NCBI GenBank assembly: GCA_963710605.1
Contig: CAVQBA010000006.1
Location: forward strand, 832,001-896,000
DNA from: an uncultured cyanobacterium
GTDB lineage: Bacteria; Cyanobacteriota; Cyanobacteriia; Cyanobacteriales; Cyanobacteriaceae
Direction of reading: 5' to 3'
DNA length: 64,000 nucleotides
The position numbers and the translations under genes are program-made. Under the pieces are notes generated by a model. The model saw only the letters and a list, made by a program, of their open reading frames with translations. It had not been told where the DNA came from and made no database searches. Shown here piece after piece: positions 21,743-35,500 of the stretch. How positions within the stretch are numbered: the stretch's first letter is position 1; every line of letters begins with the position of its first letter.

Positions 21743-24103
21743 ATGATGTTTGTAAATTCACTGGATTATTTATCAGTATCGACAGTTAAAATTGAATCAA
21801 TACCTAATAATTTATTTGTTGAAAAATATACTAATGTAATTTCAGTCAATGATACTAATTTCAATCATAGTCTAAATATTTCTCATTCAAACGAGGCAGA
21901 AATACTTAATTATTGGCTTAGTTTTTCACAGGAGGATAATTTATCAAATCAATTCTCACAAGTCAGTATAGACGCTATAGCTACAAATACACAAGCTTCT
22001 TTTACGACTCAAGACACGACAGAATATGATAGTTTAATTATTCAAGTACAATCAGAAGTACAAGATAGTTTAACGAGTTTTGTTAATCAGGAAAATTACG
22101 ATTGTCTCATCACTAATACTTTTGATAATCAATGGAATTCTCATGACTTAAAGTTATCTATCAATAATTATTTACAAGGAATCGATACACCTAAAATACA
22201 AATTATTACGACTGATGACGAGCAAGTTTTAAAAGGGGCTTTTAGCGTTAACAATAATACTATTTACTTAGAACAAGGCTTTTTGCAGGAAAACATTAAT
22301 CAAGTTACTATCGTTAAAGATGTTTTGATTGAAGAATTAGGACATTTTTTCCAAAGCCAAAATAGCGATGTAGATATAGAAGGAGATGAAGGAGAATTAT
22401 TATCAAATCTAGTTACCGATAAACCATTAACTGATGCCCAAATAGCCGAAATTAAGCAAGAAAACGATCGACAATTAGTCTTAATAGATAAGCAACTTTT
22501 ACTAATCGAAAAAGCATCATTAGCAGGTACAGAAGAATTAGTTACAGTCGGGGAAGATTCTGATACTATTATTCAAATTCCTGAGGCTGAAAATCGATCG
22601 TTTCCACTGATTTTTAATTATGGTAAAATTGAAGGCACTTATCAAAACGAAATAGGTGTTTTTCTTACCGATGAAAATGGTAATGTAGATGGAGTAGCAC
22701 CTACAGAAGCTAACTATACCGAAACAGTTTTAAATAGTAGTAGTCGGCAAATCATTTTTAATGGTGATGACACCACAGGTAATTGGCGAGAAATAGAATT
22801 TGTAAGTGGCTCGAATTTGGCTTTTTATCTAGTCTCCAATGATAGTAGTCAAGCTTATTTAGATGCGGTGAATAATAATGCGACTGAAAAACCCGATGTC
22901 TTTTTCTCAATTCAAAATGCTAATGATGATGGTTTAAGTTACGTTACCAAGCAAGATTTAGGGGCAGGTATTTGGCAATTAAATTGGGAAGACTTGTTAG
23001 GAGGAGGAGATTTAGATTATAACGATGTCGTTTTTACTGTCAATCAAAAAGGAATCAAAGCACCAGGGAATGAAAGTCAAACCACACCACTTCAAGTTGA
23101 GTTTGCTTCTAGTCAAGCCGATTATAATAACGAAATTGGTTTATTTTTAGTTGATGATGCGGATGGTACTATTAATGGAATTGCCCCTGGGGATAGTGGC
23201 TATGTGCAACAAGTTTTTCAGCCTGATAATTTTGAAGTAGTTTTTACCCAAGGAAATCCTAACGGTAGCAGAGATTTAGATTTAGAAGGTGGTCAATATA
23301 TCGGTTGGTATCTCATCAGCGATAATACTACTGCTGAATTTTTACAAACTAATCCAGACAATAATCCTAATGGCGAGACGGTTGCTTTTTTCTCTTATGC
23401 TCAAGCTAATCCAGATGAGTTATATTATTTAAACTACAATTCTAGTAGTCAATTAGCATGGGAAGATATGTTAGGTGGAGGAGATTTAGATTACAATGAT
23501 TTTGTCTTCAATTTCAATTTTGGTACTCCTAGAGATATAACTACAGATATAACAATCGCTGTTGAAGATGTATCGATTGAAGAAGAAAATGAAGGAGTAA
23601 AACAAGTCCAATTAACGGTAACTTTATCACAAGAGGCTTTAGAAACAGTTACGGTAGATTATGCCACTAGCGACGATACTGCTATAGCAAATCAAGATTA
23701 TCAACCTGTCAGTGGTAGTTTGAGTTTTGCTCCTGGGGAAGTAGAAAAAACGATTGCTATTTCGATTTTAGGAGATGTGATTGATGAAATAGATGAGTTA
23801 TTTAATTTTGAATTGAGTAATGCTGATAATGCAGTCATAAGCGATGGAATTGCTGAAGTAACGATTATTGATGATGATACCGATGACACATCTGTTGGTA
23901 TTACTGCGGATATAGCTAATGATACTGGAATTGATGATGACGATCGGATTACATTCAATCCGACTATCAACGGAGAAACTGAAAATGCGACTACACTTTT
24001 GGCTAGTTTTAATGGAGACGAATTTGTCGATTTAACTGAGATTTTGACAGCGGATGGTAATTTTACTTTAGGTATAGAGCAATACTCTCGTTCTAACCAA
24101 TGA
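21743..24103 (+). CDS. Rhs/adhesin fragment 1: EELGH-motif N-terminus, two DUF4114-like repeats, Calx-beta domain
   Basis: IEELGHF; WEDLLGGGDLDYND and WEDMLGGGDLDYND; VTVDYATSDDTA..DY...G.L.FAPGE.EKTI. Confidence 0.7.
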   Translation: MMFVNSLDYLSVSTVKIESIPNNLFVEKYTNVISVNDTNFNHSLNISHSNEAEILNYWLSFSQEDNLSNQFSQVSIDAIATNTQASFTTQDTTEYDSLIIQVQSEVQDSLTSFVNQENYDCLITNTFDNQWNSHDLKLSINNYLQGIDTPKIQIITTDDEQVLKGAFSVNNNTIYLEQGFLQENINQVTIVKDVLIEELGHFFQSQNSDVDIEGDEGELLSNLVTDKPLTDAQIAEIKQENDRQLVLIDKQLLLIEKASLAGTEELVTVGEDSDTIIQIPEAENRSFPLIFNYGKIEGTYQNEIGVFLTDENGNVDGVAPTEANYTETVLNSSSRQIIFNGDDTTGNWREIEFVSGSNLAFYLVSNDSSQAYLDAVNNNATEKPDVFFSIQNANDDGLSYVTKQDLGAGIWQLNWEDLLGGGDLDYNDVVFTVNQKGIKAPGNESQTTPLQVEFASSQADYNNEIGLFLVDDADGTINGIAPGDSGYVQQVFQPDNFEVVFTQGNPNGSRDLDLEGGQYIGWYLISDNTTAEFLQTNPDNNPNGETVAFFSYAQANPDELYYLNYNSSSQLAWEDMLGGGDLDYNDFVFNFNFGTPRDITTDITIAVEDVSIEEENEGVKQVQLTVTLSQEALETVTVDYATSDDTAIANQDYQPVSGSLSFAPGEVEKTIAISILGDVIDEIDELFNFELSNADNAVISDGIAEVTIIDDDTDDTSVGITADIANDTGIDDDDRITFNPTINGETENATTLLASFNGDEFVDLTEILTADGNFTLGIEQYSRSNQ

Positions 24104-24212
24104 CTTACCTAATGGAGAATATACAATAGAGTTTAAAGCTAGAAATGATACGGGAGAAGAAGAAACAACTACCGTTAGTTTTACCCTCGATTTAAGCACA
24201 CCTGATGTTAGT

Positions 24213-26426
24213 TTGAGTTTAGCCCCACAAAGCGATACAGGAGAGCAAGGAGACAAAACAACTACAGAATATAAAGTTGATTTAACAGGAACTACAGAGC
24301 CGGGGTTAGAGGTAATTTTAGCCGAAACTCAAGAGATTATAACTGCTGATGAGAATGGTAATTTTACTTTCACTGATGTAGATATTTCGAGAATAGGAGA
24401 AACTAATTTTAATGTAGTGGTAGTAGATGAAGTAGGAAACCAAAATCGAGTCAGAGAATTTGTTACTAGAGAAGGGATAAATACTGCACCTGAGATTATT
24501 AGCACTCCTGAAACTGTTTTTGATATTGAGACAAATTCTATTTATACCTATCAAGTAGAAGCAGAAGATATTGATGGAGATACTCTCAGTTATGACTTAG
24601 CAGAATCGCCTTTTGGAGCAGAAATTGATGATAATGGTTTATTAACTTTTGAATCCGTTACCGAATTTTTATTACCTAGTTATGAATTTACGGTACAAGT
24701 TAGCGATGGTAGAGGTGGTGTTGATACTCAAACTTTTACAGTAGAAATCTTAGCTTCTGCTAATTTAGGCACAATTAAAGGTACTAAATGGGAAGATAGT
24801 AATGGTGATGGTATTTTCGATGGTTCAGAATCAGGTTTGGCAGATGTAACTGTTTATCTCGATACTAATAATAACGGTGTTTTAGATAACAACGAACCTT
24901 TTAGAATCACAGCAGAAGACGACACTAATACTCCCAATATTGATGAAACAGGACAATATGAATTTAATAATCTTGAAGCGGATACTTATATTGTTCGAGA
25001 ATTAATTCCCGAAGGATTTGAGCAAACATTTCCTGGTAGTGAAACGGCGATAGGAGATGGTTACGCCGATATTGTACTTGATTACTTTAATAGCGGAACG
25101 GGAACATTTCAACAACCTTATGGAGCGAATAATGCAGGAGATTTTCCTGTATTAGTTCCTGAAGATATTATTTTAGGTAGTGATACACTGGGTGCACTTT
25201 CTCTTCCTACAGGTTCATTCGTTACGGTAGGCTTTACTGACGAAATCATTATTGATGGTTTAGGAGATGATATTTTCATTCCTGAAGTAGGTGAAGCAGG
25301 AGAAAGGGCAGAAGTATTTGTTAGTTCTGACCTAGAAAACTTCACTTATATAGGAATTGGTAATGGAGGTATTACTTCTCGTTTCGATCTTGCTTCTATT
25401 AATTTTACAGAACCTGTTCGTGCCATAAAAATTGTCGGGTTAGATAATAGAGGTTCTAGCCCTGGATTTGATGTAATAAATGTTCAAGGTTTACCTGGTA
25501 GTGTTACTAGTCTAAATTATCATGTTGTTGAATTAGAAGCAGGAGAAGTCGTTGAAAATATTGATTTTGGTAATCGTTTAGTTGATACAACAGGAAATCA
25601 AGCTCCTGAATTTACTAGTAATCCTATTGTCAATGGAGTTGTTGATAACGAGTATCTCTATCAACCCACTGCGATCGATGCTAATAATGACGAACTAACA
25701 TTCTCGATCGTTGAAAGTCCAGCAGGAATGATAATCGAAGCAGAAACTGGGTTATTATTATGGACACCAACAACGGCACAAATCGGCGATATTACCGTCA
25801 CCATTCAAGTTACCGATACGGGTGGCTTAAGTGATACTCAAACTTTTGTTATTGCGGTAGTCGATCGGGTTACTAATAATAATCCTATCTTTATCAGCGA
25901 AGCAATTACCGATTTTACTTTAGGCATACCAAATACTGCCGTAGGAGATGTAACCCCCGAATTATTATCTCTGAGTCTTGGTAGTGGCGAAACGATAACC
26001 GAATCAGTCTCTATAACCTTACCTACAGGAGGAACATCAACAGGTGGACAAGCTGATATAGTCTTTGTAGTAGATGAATCTGGTTCGATGGATACGGAAC
26101 ATCAATGGCTTACTAATATGGTATTAGAGCTAGATGAAGCCCTGACAGAGCAAGGTATTACCGATAATCGTTATAGTTTGATTGGTTATACCAATAATAC
26201 TCGAATATTCAATTTAGCTTCTCAGGCAGAAGTATCTATTTATGCACCCGATAATCAATTAGTTGCTAGTGGTACGTTTGCAGATATTATTGAAAGCAAT
26301 GAAGTAGAGATAAATTTGGTTGATGGTACTTACACTGTTGTTATCAGTCAAATTGGTGATAATGTGTCTGTTGAGTATGATTTTACAGCTAGTCTCTCCG
26401 ATATTGAATCCGTTGCTTTGGATTAA
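24213..26426 (+). CDS. Rhs/adhesin fragment 2: Ig-like/cadherin-like, SdrD B-like, N-half of vWA
   Basis: NTAPEIIS..YTYQVEAEDIDGD; GTKWEDSNGDG; DIVFVVDESGSM (MIDAS DxSxS). Confidence 0.7.
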   Translation: MSLAPQSDTGEQGDKTTTEYKVDLTGTTEPGLEVILAETQEIITADENGNFTFTDVDISRIGETNFNVVVVDEVGNQNRVREFVTREGINTAPEIISTPETVFDIETNSIYTYQVEAEDIDGDTLSYDLAESPFGAEIDDNGLLTFESVTEFLLPSYEFTVQVSDGRGGVDTQTFTVEILASANLGTIKGTKWEDSNGDGIFDGSESGLADVTVYLDTNNNGVLDNNEPFRITAEDDTNTPNIDETGQYEFNNLEADTYIVRELIPEGFEQTFPGSETAIGDGYADIVLDYFNSGTGTFQQPYGANNAGDFPVLVPEDIILGSDTLGALSLPTGSFVTVGFTDEIIIDGLGDDIFIPEVGEAGERAEVFVSSDLENFTYIGIGNGGITSRFDLASINFTEPVRAIKIVGLDNRGSSPGFDVINVQGLPGSVTSLNYHVVELEAGEVVENIDFGNRLVDTTGNQAPEFTSNPIVNGVVDNEYLYQPTAIDANNDELTFSIVESPAGMIIEAETGLLLWTPTTAQIGDITVTIQVTDTGGLSDTQTFVIAVVDRVTNNNPIFISEAITDFTLGIPNTAVGDVTPELLSLSLGSGETITESVSITLPTGGTSTGGQADIVFVVDESGSMDTEHQWLTNMVLELDEALTEQGITDNRYSLIGYTNNTRIFNLASQAEVSIYAPDNQLVASGTFADIIESNEVEINLVDGTYTVVISQIGDNVSVEYDFTASLSDIESVALD

Positions 26427-26522
26427 AAATTTAATACAGTCATAACGGGTAATGTCGAACCAGACGTAGAAGAAACTTATACTTTTACTGCCCCTGCGGG
26501 TACTCAAATAGTATTTGATGGT

Positions 26523-29500
26523 TTGAGTTCAACTTTTAACGATATTCTTGCCCGATTGGTAACTCCAACAGAGGAAAATATATTTAATCGCATTCGTTTT
26601 AATCAAGATAGTAATGCTTTTGTTTTACCAGAAAATGGCAGTTATTCTTTAGTTGTTAATGGCGGTAATAGCGGCGGCGATTATAGTTTCCAACTTTTAG
26701 AATTGGGCTCTTCTGCGAATAACATCGATTTAGATACTCAAGTAACAGGCTCAATTGATAATGCTTTGGAGACACAAATATTACAATTTGAAGCCACTTC
26801 AGGACAAAATATTTACTTTGACTCTACTGATAATAATTTTTTGAGTGCTAATGTTTCAGTTTATGGGGGAGGAAATAAAATATTAGGTAATAATTCTAGC
26901 TTGAGAGATTTCATTTTCGATATTCCTAGCGATGGAATTTACAATCTCATTATTCAAAGTAATACTGAAGAAGTAATTAATTATGATTTTACTTTGGTAA
27001 CACCAGAATTACAACAAGCAAGTATCGAAATTGGTGAGACAACTACAGGTAATTTAGCCGAAGCAGGAGAAAAAGATTTATATTTAATTGAAGGTACAGC
27101 AGGGCAAAGAATTTGGTTTGATGGTTTAGCCTCTGATAGCTTTTTTGATATTGATGCTGATTTATTTAGTATTGATGGAAAGCAAATTCTCAATAATACA
27201 AGATTAAATCAAGATTCCAGTCCTATTATTTTGCCTACTTCTGGTACATATTCTTTAGTTGTTAGCGGGGGTGATGTAACTGGTAATTATAGCTTCCGTT
27301 TACTAGATTTAGATGATGATGCTATTAATATAAACACCCAAGTTGAAAATCAGACAGAAATTGATATTACTTTAGAAACAGGTTTAGAAACAAAACTCTA
27401 TCAATTTGAAGGCACAGCAGGACAACAACTTGTTTTTGAATCAATCTCAGCTTCTTCCTTTTTTACTGATGATTGGCAAATTAATGGCGTAGATAACGTT
27501 CAATTAAATCGAACACCAATTAACAATGATTTTGTCGTAACTCTACCTGCTAACGGCATATATACTCTACTGGTTGATGGTAGTAATAGTAATCTTACTG
27601 ACTTTACTTTTAAAGTTTTTGAACAAACGATTGAAGAACAAAACATTGCCTTAAATACAACTATTTCAAGTAGTTTAGCTAATAATGGCGAACAAGATAT
27701 TTATCGCTTTACTGGTAACGCAGGACAAAGAATTTGGTTTGATGGTTTAATTGCTTCTGACACTTCTAATATTAATGTCGATCTTAGTACTCCTACAGGT
27801 CAATCGCTTATTAGTAATCAAGATGTTGATGATGACTCGAATATGTTAATTTTACCTGAGTCTGGGACTTATACCATTACGGTAACAGGTGATAATGTCA
27901 CGGGTGATTATAGTTTCCGAGTTTTAAATCTAAGTGATGCCGAATCGATCGATTTAGATGAAGATATTAATGCTACTAACGATTTAGCTCGAAGTACTCA
28001 GTTATATAGTTTTGATGGTAGTATTGGGCAACAACTGTTAATTGATATGGTTGATGTTGATAGTATTTTCAACGGTAGTTGGCGTTTGTATGGTGCTAGT
28101 TCTGATGAAGCGATTGCTTCTGATAATCGTTTAGAAGATTTCAATGTTACTTTACCTGTTGATGATACTTATACTTTGGTCGTTTTAGGTAGTACTAATG
28201 ATTCTTTTGAATATACTTTTAATATTAACGATGTTACTATCTCTTCTAATATCAACCCTAGTGGATTTAATACGATTCAAACAGGTACATTAGCTACTGT
28301 TGAGGAAGAAGATATATTTACCTTTGATGCGGTGGCAGGTACTCGCTTTGTCTTTGATGGTTTGACTTCTGATTCTTCAAGCATCCGAGCAAGATTAACT
28401 TCCCCCGATAGCACTCAACTTTTTTCTAGTGTAAGATTAACCAATAATTCTAGTGAACTAACTTTACCTGAGTCTGGTACTTATTCTTTAACCGTTAGCG
28501 GTGCAGTAGGTGATTATAGTTTCCGTATTCTCGATCTTAATGAAGCTACAACTATTCCCCTTGATGAGGTATTTAACGGTAGTATGACTCAAGGTAGTGG
28601 GATTGAAGTATATGAGTTTCAAGGTACAGCAGGACAACAGTTATACTTTAACGGTATTTCTTCTACGGGTTCAGGAGATTGGCGATTATATAGCCCCGAT
28701 AATCGAGAAATTGATACCAGTCGCTTAACAAGTAATTTTGAAGCAACTTTACCTAGTAATGGTACTTATAAAGTCTTAATTGATGGACAGGATTCAAATC
28801 CTTTTGACTTTAGTGTAGAGATTGTCAATACAGAAATTCAATCCTCAACTATTAGTATTGATGAAATTGTTACTGATTCTTTAACTAAACTGGGTAGCAA
28901 GCATATTTACAGCCTTGATGGCACAGCAGGGCAAAGAGTATTATTTGATGGTTTGGGTTCAACTATTTTCAGTTTTGGTAGTGCTACGGCTGTTTTAAAT
29001 AGTCCTTCTGGCGAGCAAATAATGAGTAGTACCCGTACTTATCAAGATTCTGACTCATTTATCCTACCCGAATCGGGAGAATATTCTTTAGTAGTCAGTG
29101 TAACGAATGAAGCGGATGATTATAGTTTCCGTTTGCTCAATCTCGATAATCCTACTATTACTAATATTGCTTTAGATACAGTAATTGAAGATTCGATTGC
29201 GACTGATTTTGGCACCCAACTTTATCAGTTTACTGGTACAGCAGGACAAGAATTATTCTTTAATGGTTTAGATAATAGTGAACCTGTAACTTGGAGGGTT
29301 ATAGGAGCAACCAATGGAGAATTAGCAGACCAATCTTCTTTCCGAGATTTCAAGATAACTTTACCTTACGATGGTATTTATACACTTGCCATTGACAGCG
29401 ATAATAATAATCCTGTTGATTTTAGCTTTGAAATTGTCACTCCTAATTCTTCGGTTTCAACTATTGATTTGAATGAAGTTGTTACAGGAGAATTAAGTAA

Positions 29501-32500
29501 ATCAGGTGAAACAGATATTTATCAATTTACTGGTACAGTTGGGCAGAGAATCTTATTTGATGGTTTAGCATCTTCTGCCGATGAAATAGAAGTTTCTTTA
29601 ATTACGCCCACAGGTAAAAGTGGTTTTAGTAGTTTTCCTAATCGTTTCGATCTAAACGAAAATTCCGATACTCCTCTTACACTATCAGAAGCAGGTACTT
29701 ATTCTTTAATTGTTAATAGTGGTAATGGTAGTGCGGGTACTGTTACTGGTAACTATGGTTTTCAAATACTTGATGTTACTAATCAATTGAGTACAAATAC
29801 AAATACCACAGGTATATTTAACACTCTTAATGAATCTCAAGTCTTTCAATTTGAAGGTATTCAAGGACAAAAATTAGCTATTACTCCTACTGAAGGTGTA
29901 TTTGGTACGGCAGAACAATTATCTAATGCTACTGCTTTCTTGAGTACTGGTCAAGGTTTGACGGAGGATGGTTATTTGGGAATTGATAGGGCTTTGAATT
30001 TACCTTTCCGTCAAGGTTCAGCAGTAAATATTATTTTAGTTACGGACGAAGATCGAGATATAGCTGATGAGTCTTTGAATTTTGAAACTATTTTTAACGG
30101 TTTAGATGAGCAAAATTCTCTTCTTAATGTCACTATTAATGGTACTTTTTTAGATGGTGATGGTAATACGGCGTTGGGTGTAGATTCTGATGGTATTGCT
30201 TATATTGCTGATGGTACAGGAGGTTTTACTACAGCATCAGGTGGGGCGTTTGGAGAAGTAGGCAATAATCCAGATAGTACAGATCCTTTTAATTCTACTC
30301 AAGCAGATTATGTAGATTTAGCTTGGGATATTGGTGGAGCGGGATGGGATTTGAATCAGTTGAGAGAAGGTGGTGATACTGCAATATCTTTTACTGAAGC
30401 CTTTGTTAGTGTTAAAGCTCAAGAAATCGGCGAACAACTAGCGATCGATCTTTTATTCCCTAACAATAACATTACGGTAGAAAACTTAACAGGACAAGTA
30501 TTTGGCATTAACCCCAACGAAACCGCTACCTTTGAAGTTGAAATTACAGGAGATGGATTAGCTAGTAGTACTGAAATCTTATTTGTTCGCCCCGATACTA
30601 ACTTTGTCTTAGGTTCAATTCCTGTCGTTATTAATCAAAATTACATTTATTTAGCTCAAGCGATCGATCCCGATGGCGATTCTTTAACTTATAGTTTGGT
30701 TAATGCCCCTGATGATGCAACGATCGATGCTGATACTGGACGTATAGCTTGGAATCCTCCTGATGTTGGTACTTATGACTTTGAAGTAGCCGTAAGCGAC
30801 GATCGAGGTGGAGAAACAACTCAAACCTTTACCGTTGAAGTTGTGACAGTCGGTGCGGATAACAACGCTCCTGAAATAACTTCTACTGCCCCTAATTCGG
30901 CTAGAAACAGCGATCGATTTACTTATCAAGTCACAGCAACTGATGCTGATAACAATAGTTTACTTTACTTATTAGATTCTGCTCCCGAAGGCGTAGCGAT
31001 CGACTCAGACACGGGTTTATTAACTTGGACTCCTACCGAAACTCAAATTGGCGAACAAACGATCGTCATTAAAGTTTTAGATGGTAATGGTGGCTCGGAT
31101 AGACAAACATTTGATGTCACTGTTGCTGAAAATCAAGCCCCTGTATTTAATACTAATCCCGTTTTAATTATTAACGCCGAAGAGTTATATCAATATGATG
31201 TCGATGCGATCGATCCAGAAGGCACTGATGTTACTTATAGTTTTGGTAATAGCGTACCAGCAGGTATGACGATCGACTCTGATACGGGGTTAATTGAATG
31301 GACACCGACTAGCGAACAAACAGGGCGTTTTCCTGTCACTATATTTGCGATCGACGCTGACAATCAAAGAGCGTTACAGTCATTTATTTTGAATTTAGGA
31401 GGAGATAATGGTGGTGGTTCTGGAGGCGGTACGGGTGGCTCTGGGGGCATTACTCCTACTGGTACGGGTACTGGTAATTTAACTCAAGATTCTCCCATCG
31501 TTAATTTTGGTTACAGTAATACTTTAGTCAATCCTGGTGAAGAGATTTCAATTCAAGTTCAAGCGATCGATGATGTAGCTATTACCAGTTTACAATTATT
31601 AGTCGATGATAATCCCGTAACCTTAACTCCTAATAGTTTAAATAATGGAGCAATTAACACCGCAACCTTACAATTTAGTCAACCAGGTGTTTATGAAGCT
31701 GTAGCTATCGCTGAAGATGGTGATGGTAACACTGGTAGTAAAACGATCGAACTTCGTGTATCAGATCCTAACGATACCGAAGCTCCTGAGATAGAATTAG
31801 ATACAAGTTTTATCGATCCTTTAAATCCTGTTATTACCGAAAAAACTGATATTATTGGTTCGATTAGTGATGATAATCTCCAATTTTATAAATTACAAAT
31901 TGCTCCTACTAGCTTAATTGACTTAAATAATTTAGGTGAAAACGATCCTGATTATATTACGATCGCTGAAGGTACAAATAATATTGATGGTGTGATTGGT
32001 ACGATCGATCCTAATCTTTTCCGTAACGATACCTATTTTATTCGAGTCTTAAGTTTTGACGTTAATGGTCAAGGTAGAGTAGAAGGTGTAATTCTCAGCA
32101 TCGATTCACAAACTAAACCAGGTGAATTTAGTCTTGACTTTACCGATTTAACTGTACCAATTGCAGGAGTACCGATCGAAATTACTCGTAGTTACAGTAG
32201 TATCGATGCTAATATTGAAGGTGATTTTGGTTACGGTTGGCAAATTGGTTTGGGTGATGCCAGTATTGTTGAATCTTCCCCCGATGGCAGAGATTTAAGT
32301 GATGCTAATAATATTATCTTTAATACTGCTAATACCTTCTCTGTAGGTACAAGAGTCACATTAAACACCCCTGATGGACGTAGAGTTGGCTTTACCTTCG
32401 ATCCTGTACTTTCTGGTACTCCATTTTTCTTCGGTACACTTTATACACCTAGTTTTACTGCCGATGCAGGTGTATTTGCTACTTTAGAAGCAGAAGATAG

Positions 32501-35500
32501 TTTAGATAGTGTGATTATTAAAAGTGATGGTACGGTAGGAGCACCATTGTTTACTTTCTTGGGTTACAATCCCACAATTTACAGATTAACTACCAGAGAT
32601 GGTACAGTTTATCGTTACGACCAAAATGAAGGTTTAATTGATATAACCGATCGTAATGGTAATCTGATTACTTACAACGATGATGGTATTGTTAGCTCAA
32701 CAGGGGCAGAAATTCAATTTATTCGTGATGCCGAAGGGCAAATTACCGAAATTATCGATCCCGAAGATAAGTCTTTAGTTTATAAATATGATACTCAAGG
32801 TAATTTAATTGGTTTTGTCGATCGTGAAGAAAACGAAACTACCTTTAAATACGAAAGCGATATACCCCATTATCTCACCGAAGTTGTCGATCCATTAGGT
32901 AGAACAGGTGTTCGTACTGAATATGAAAATGGTCAAATTAGTAAAATCTTTGATGCTGATGGTAATGCCCTCGATATTAACTATGATTCTGCTTCTTCTA
33001 CTCAAACGATAAACGATCCTTTTGGTAATACTACCACTTTAGTCTTTGATGAAAAAGGTAATGTGATTACTCAAATTGATGCTGAGGGAGGTAGAACCGA
33101 AAGAACTTATGATGATGATAATAATGTATTAACCGAAACTGACCCTGAAGATAATACAACCACTTATACTTATGACGATCGAGGTAATATTCTCACAGTA
33201 AAAGATGCCGAAGATAACATCACCACGACTACTTACAATGACAATAATGATATTCTCACCGAAAAAGATGCCGAAGATAATATTACTATCAACAGATATG
33301 ATGAATTTGGTAATCGTCGTGAAAGAGAAGATGCTCAAGGTAATATAACTGAATATGATTATGACGATCGAGGTTTGTTGACTGTTATTACCGATGCTCA
33401 AGACAACGAAATTATTTTTACCTATGATGATTTTGGTTTTGTCAGAAAGTTAGAGTCTCCTGATGGTTCGGAATATACTTTCACCTACGACAATTTAGGT
33501 AACGTTACTTCTGTCACTAACGATTTAGAACAAACCTTTACTTTCACTTACGATGACGAAGGCAGACAAACTAGTGTTACTAATCCTAAAAACGATACAA
33601 GTTTCACTGAATACAACGCCGCAGGAGATGTAATAGTAGAAATTGATGAGTTAGAACGACGTACTGAATTTAATTATAACGATCGAGCTTTATTAATTGA
33701 AACGATTTTCCCTGACAATACTCCTGATGATTTAACTAATAATCCTCGTATCTTAAATAGTTATGACGCATTAGATCGATTAATTACCACTACCGATGAA
33801 TTAGGCAGAATAACCTACTATGAATATGATGCTCTTGGTCGTTTAGTTGAAACCATTTATCCTGATAATACGCCTGAAGATTTGACTGATAATCCCTCAA
33901 TGAAAATGGAGTATTATAGTGATGGCACAATCAAAGCAGAAATTGATGAGTTAGGTAATCGTACCGAATTTGAATACGATAAAGCTAATAATTTAATTTT
34001 GGAAAGAGATGCTTTAGGATTTGAAACCGAATTTGAATACGATAAAGTAGGTAATCAAAGAGCGATAATCGACGCTAATAATCATCGTACCGAATTTGAA
34101 TACGATCGTTTAGGACAATTAGTTAAAACTATCTTTGCTAATAATACCGAAGAAAGACGCTTTTATAACAGTTTAGGTTATCTGATTGAAATAATCGATC
34201 CCGAACAAATGAAAACGATCGATGATGAAAGACTTAGCACTGAATACGAATACGATGCCCTCGGCAGACTAACTAAAGTTATCAATGCCATTGGTGGTGA
34301 AACTGAATACATCCTCGATACGGCAGGTAATATTATCGAACAAATCGATGCTAATGGTAATACAGTTACTTTTGGCTATGACAATTTGAACCAAGTAATT
34401 TCGACTACCTTACCATTACAAAAACTAGAAAATGGACTATTAGTCGATAATACAGCCACCACCACTTATGATAAAGTCGGCAACATTAAAACCATTACTG
34501 ACTATAACGGCGTAGTCACTACCTTTAATTACGATGCCCGTGATATGTTAATCTCTCGTAGTTATTCCGATGACACTCCCACCGAAACCTTTACCTATAC
34601 TCTGACAGGGCAATTAAAAACCGTAACCGACAACCGAGGTACAACTACTTATAACTATGACGAACGAGATCGCTTACTATCCCGTACCGAACCCGATGGA
34701 CGTACCATCTCTTATACTTACGATTCCGCTGGTAATATTCTTACTTTAATTACTGCTTCTGGCACAACTGTTTATACTTATGATGCTCTCAATCGGATTG
34801 ATACGGTTGAATCTGCTGATGGTGGTATTACAGACTATGATTACGATCGAGTTGGTAATTTAATTGAAACTACCTTACCTAATGGTGTCGTCGAAAATCG
34901 TAATTATGATAATCTCGATCGTCTCATCTATCTAGAAAATGTCAATGGTAATAATGTTATTTCTAGTTATGACTATACTCTCGACAATGTTGGTAATCGT
35001 ACTCGGATTGAGGAAGAAGACGGCAGAATTATAGAATATGAATATGATGCTCTCTATCGTCTCACCAAAGAAACCGTTACCGATCCAGTCAATGGCAACT
35101 ATACGATCGAATATGGTTACGATGCGGTAGGTAATCGCCTCCAGAAGATTGATTCACTCAACGGTACGACTACCTATATCTATGATGATAACGATCGTCT
35201 TCTCAGCGAAACTACGGGGGATGTGGTAACTCAATATCAATATGATGATGCAGGTAATTTGACTAGCGTTATTGTGGATGGAGAAACGACTCAAACCCTA
35301 GAATGGAATGCCAAAGGCGAGTTAACGGCGGTGGAAGTCATTGAAAATGGCGAAACAGGTAGAACAGAGTTTGAATACGACCAGAATGGTGTCCGAGTAG
35401 CGGTTACTGTTGATGGCGAAGAGACTCGTTTCTTAATCGATAACAATCAACAACTGTTTGCTCAAGTAATTGAGGAATATTTAGTTAATGGTGAGGTTAA

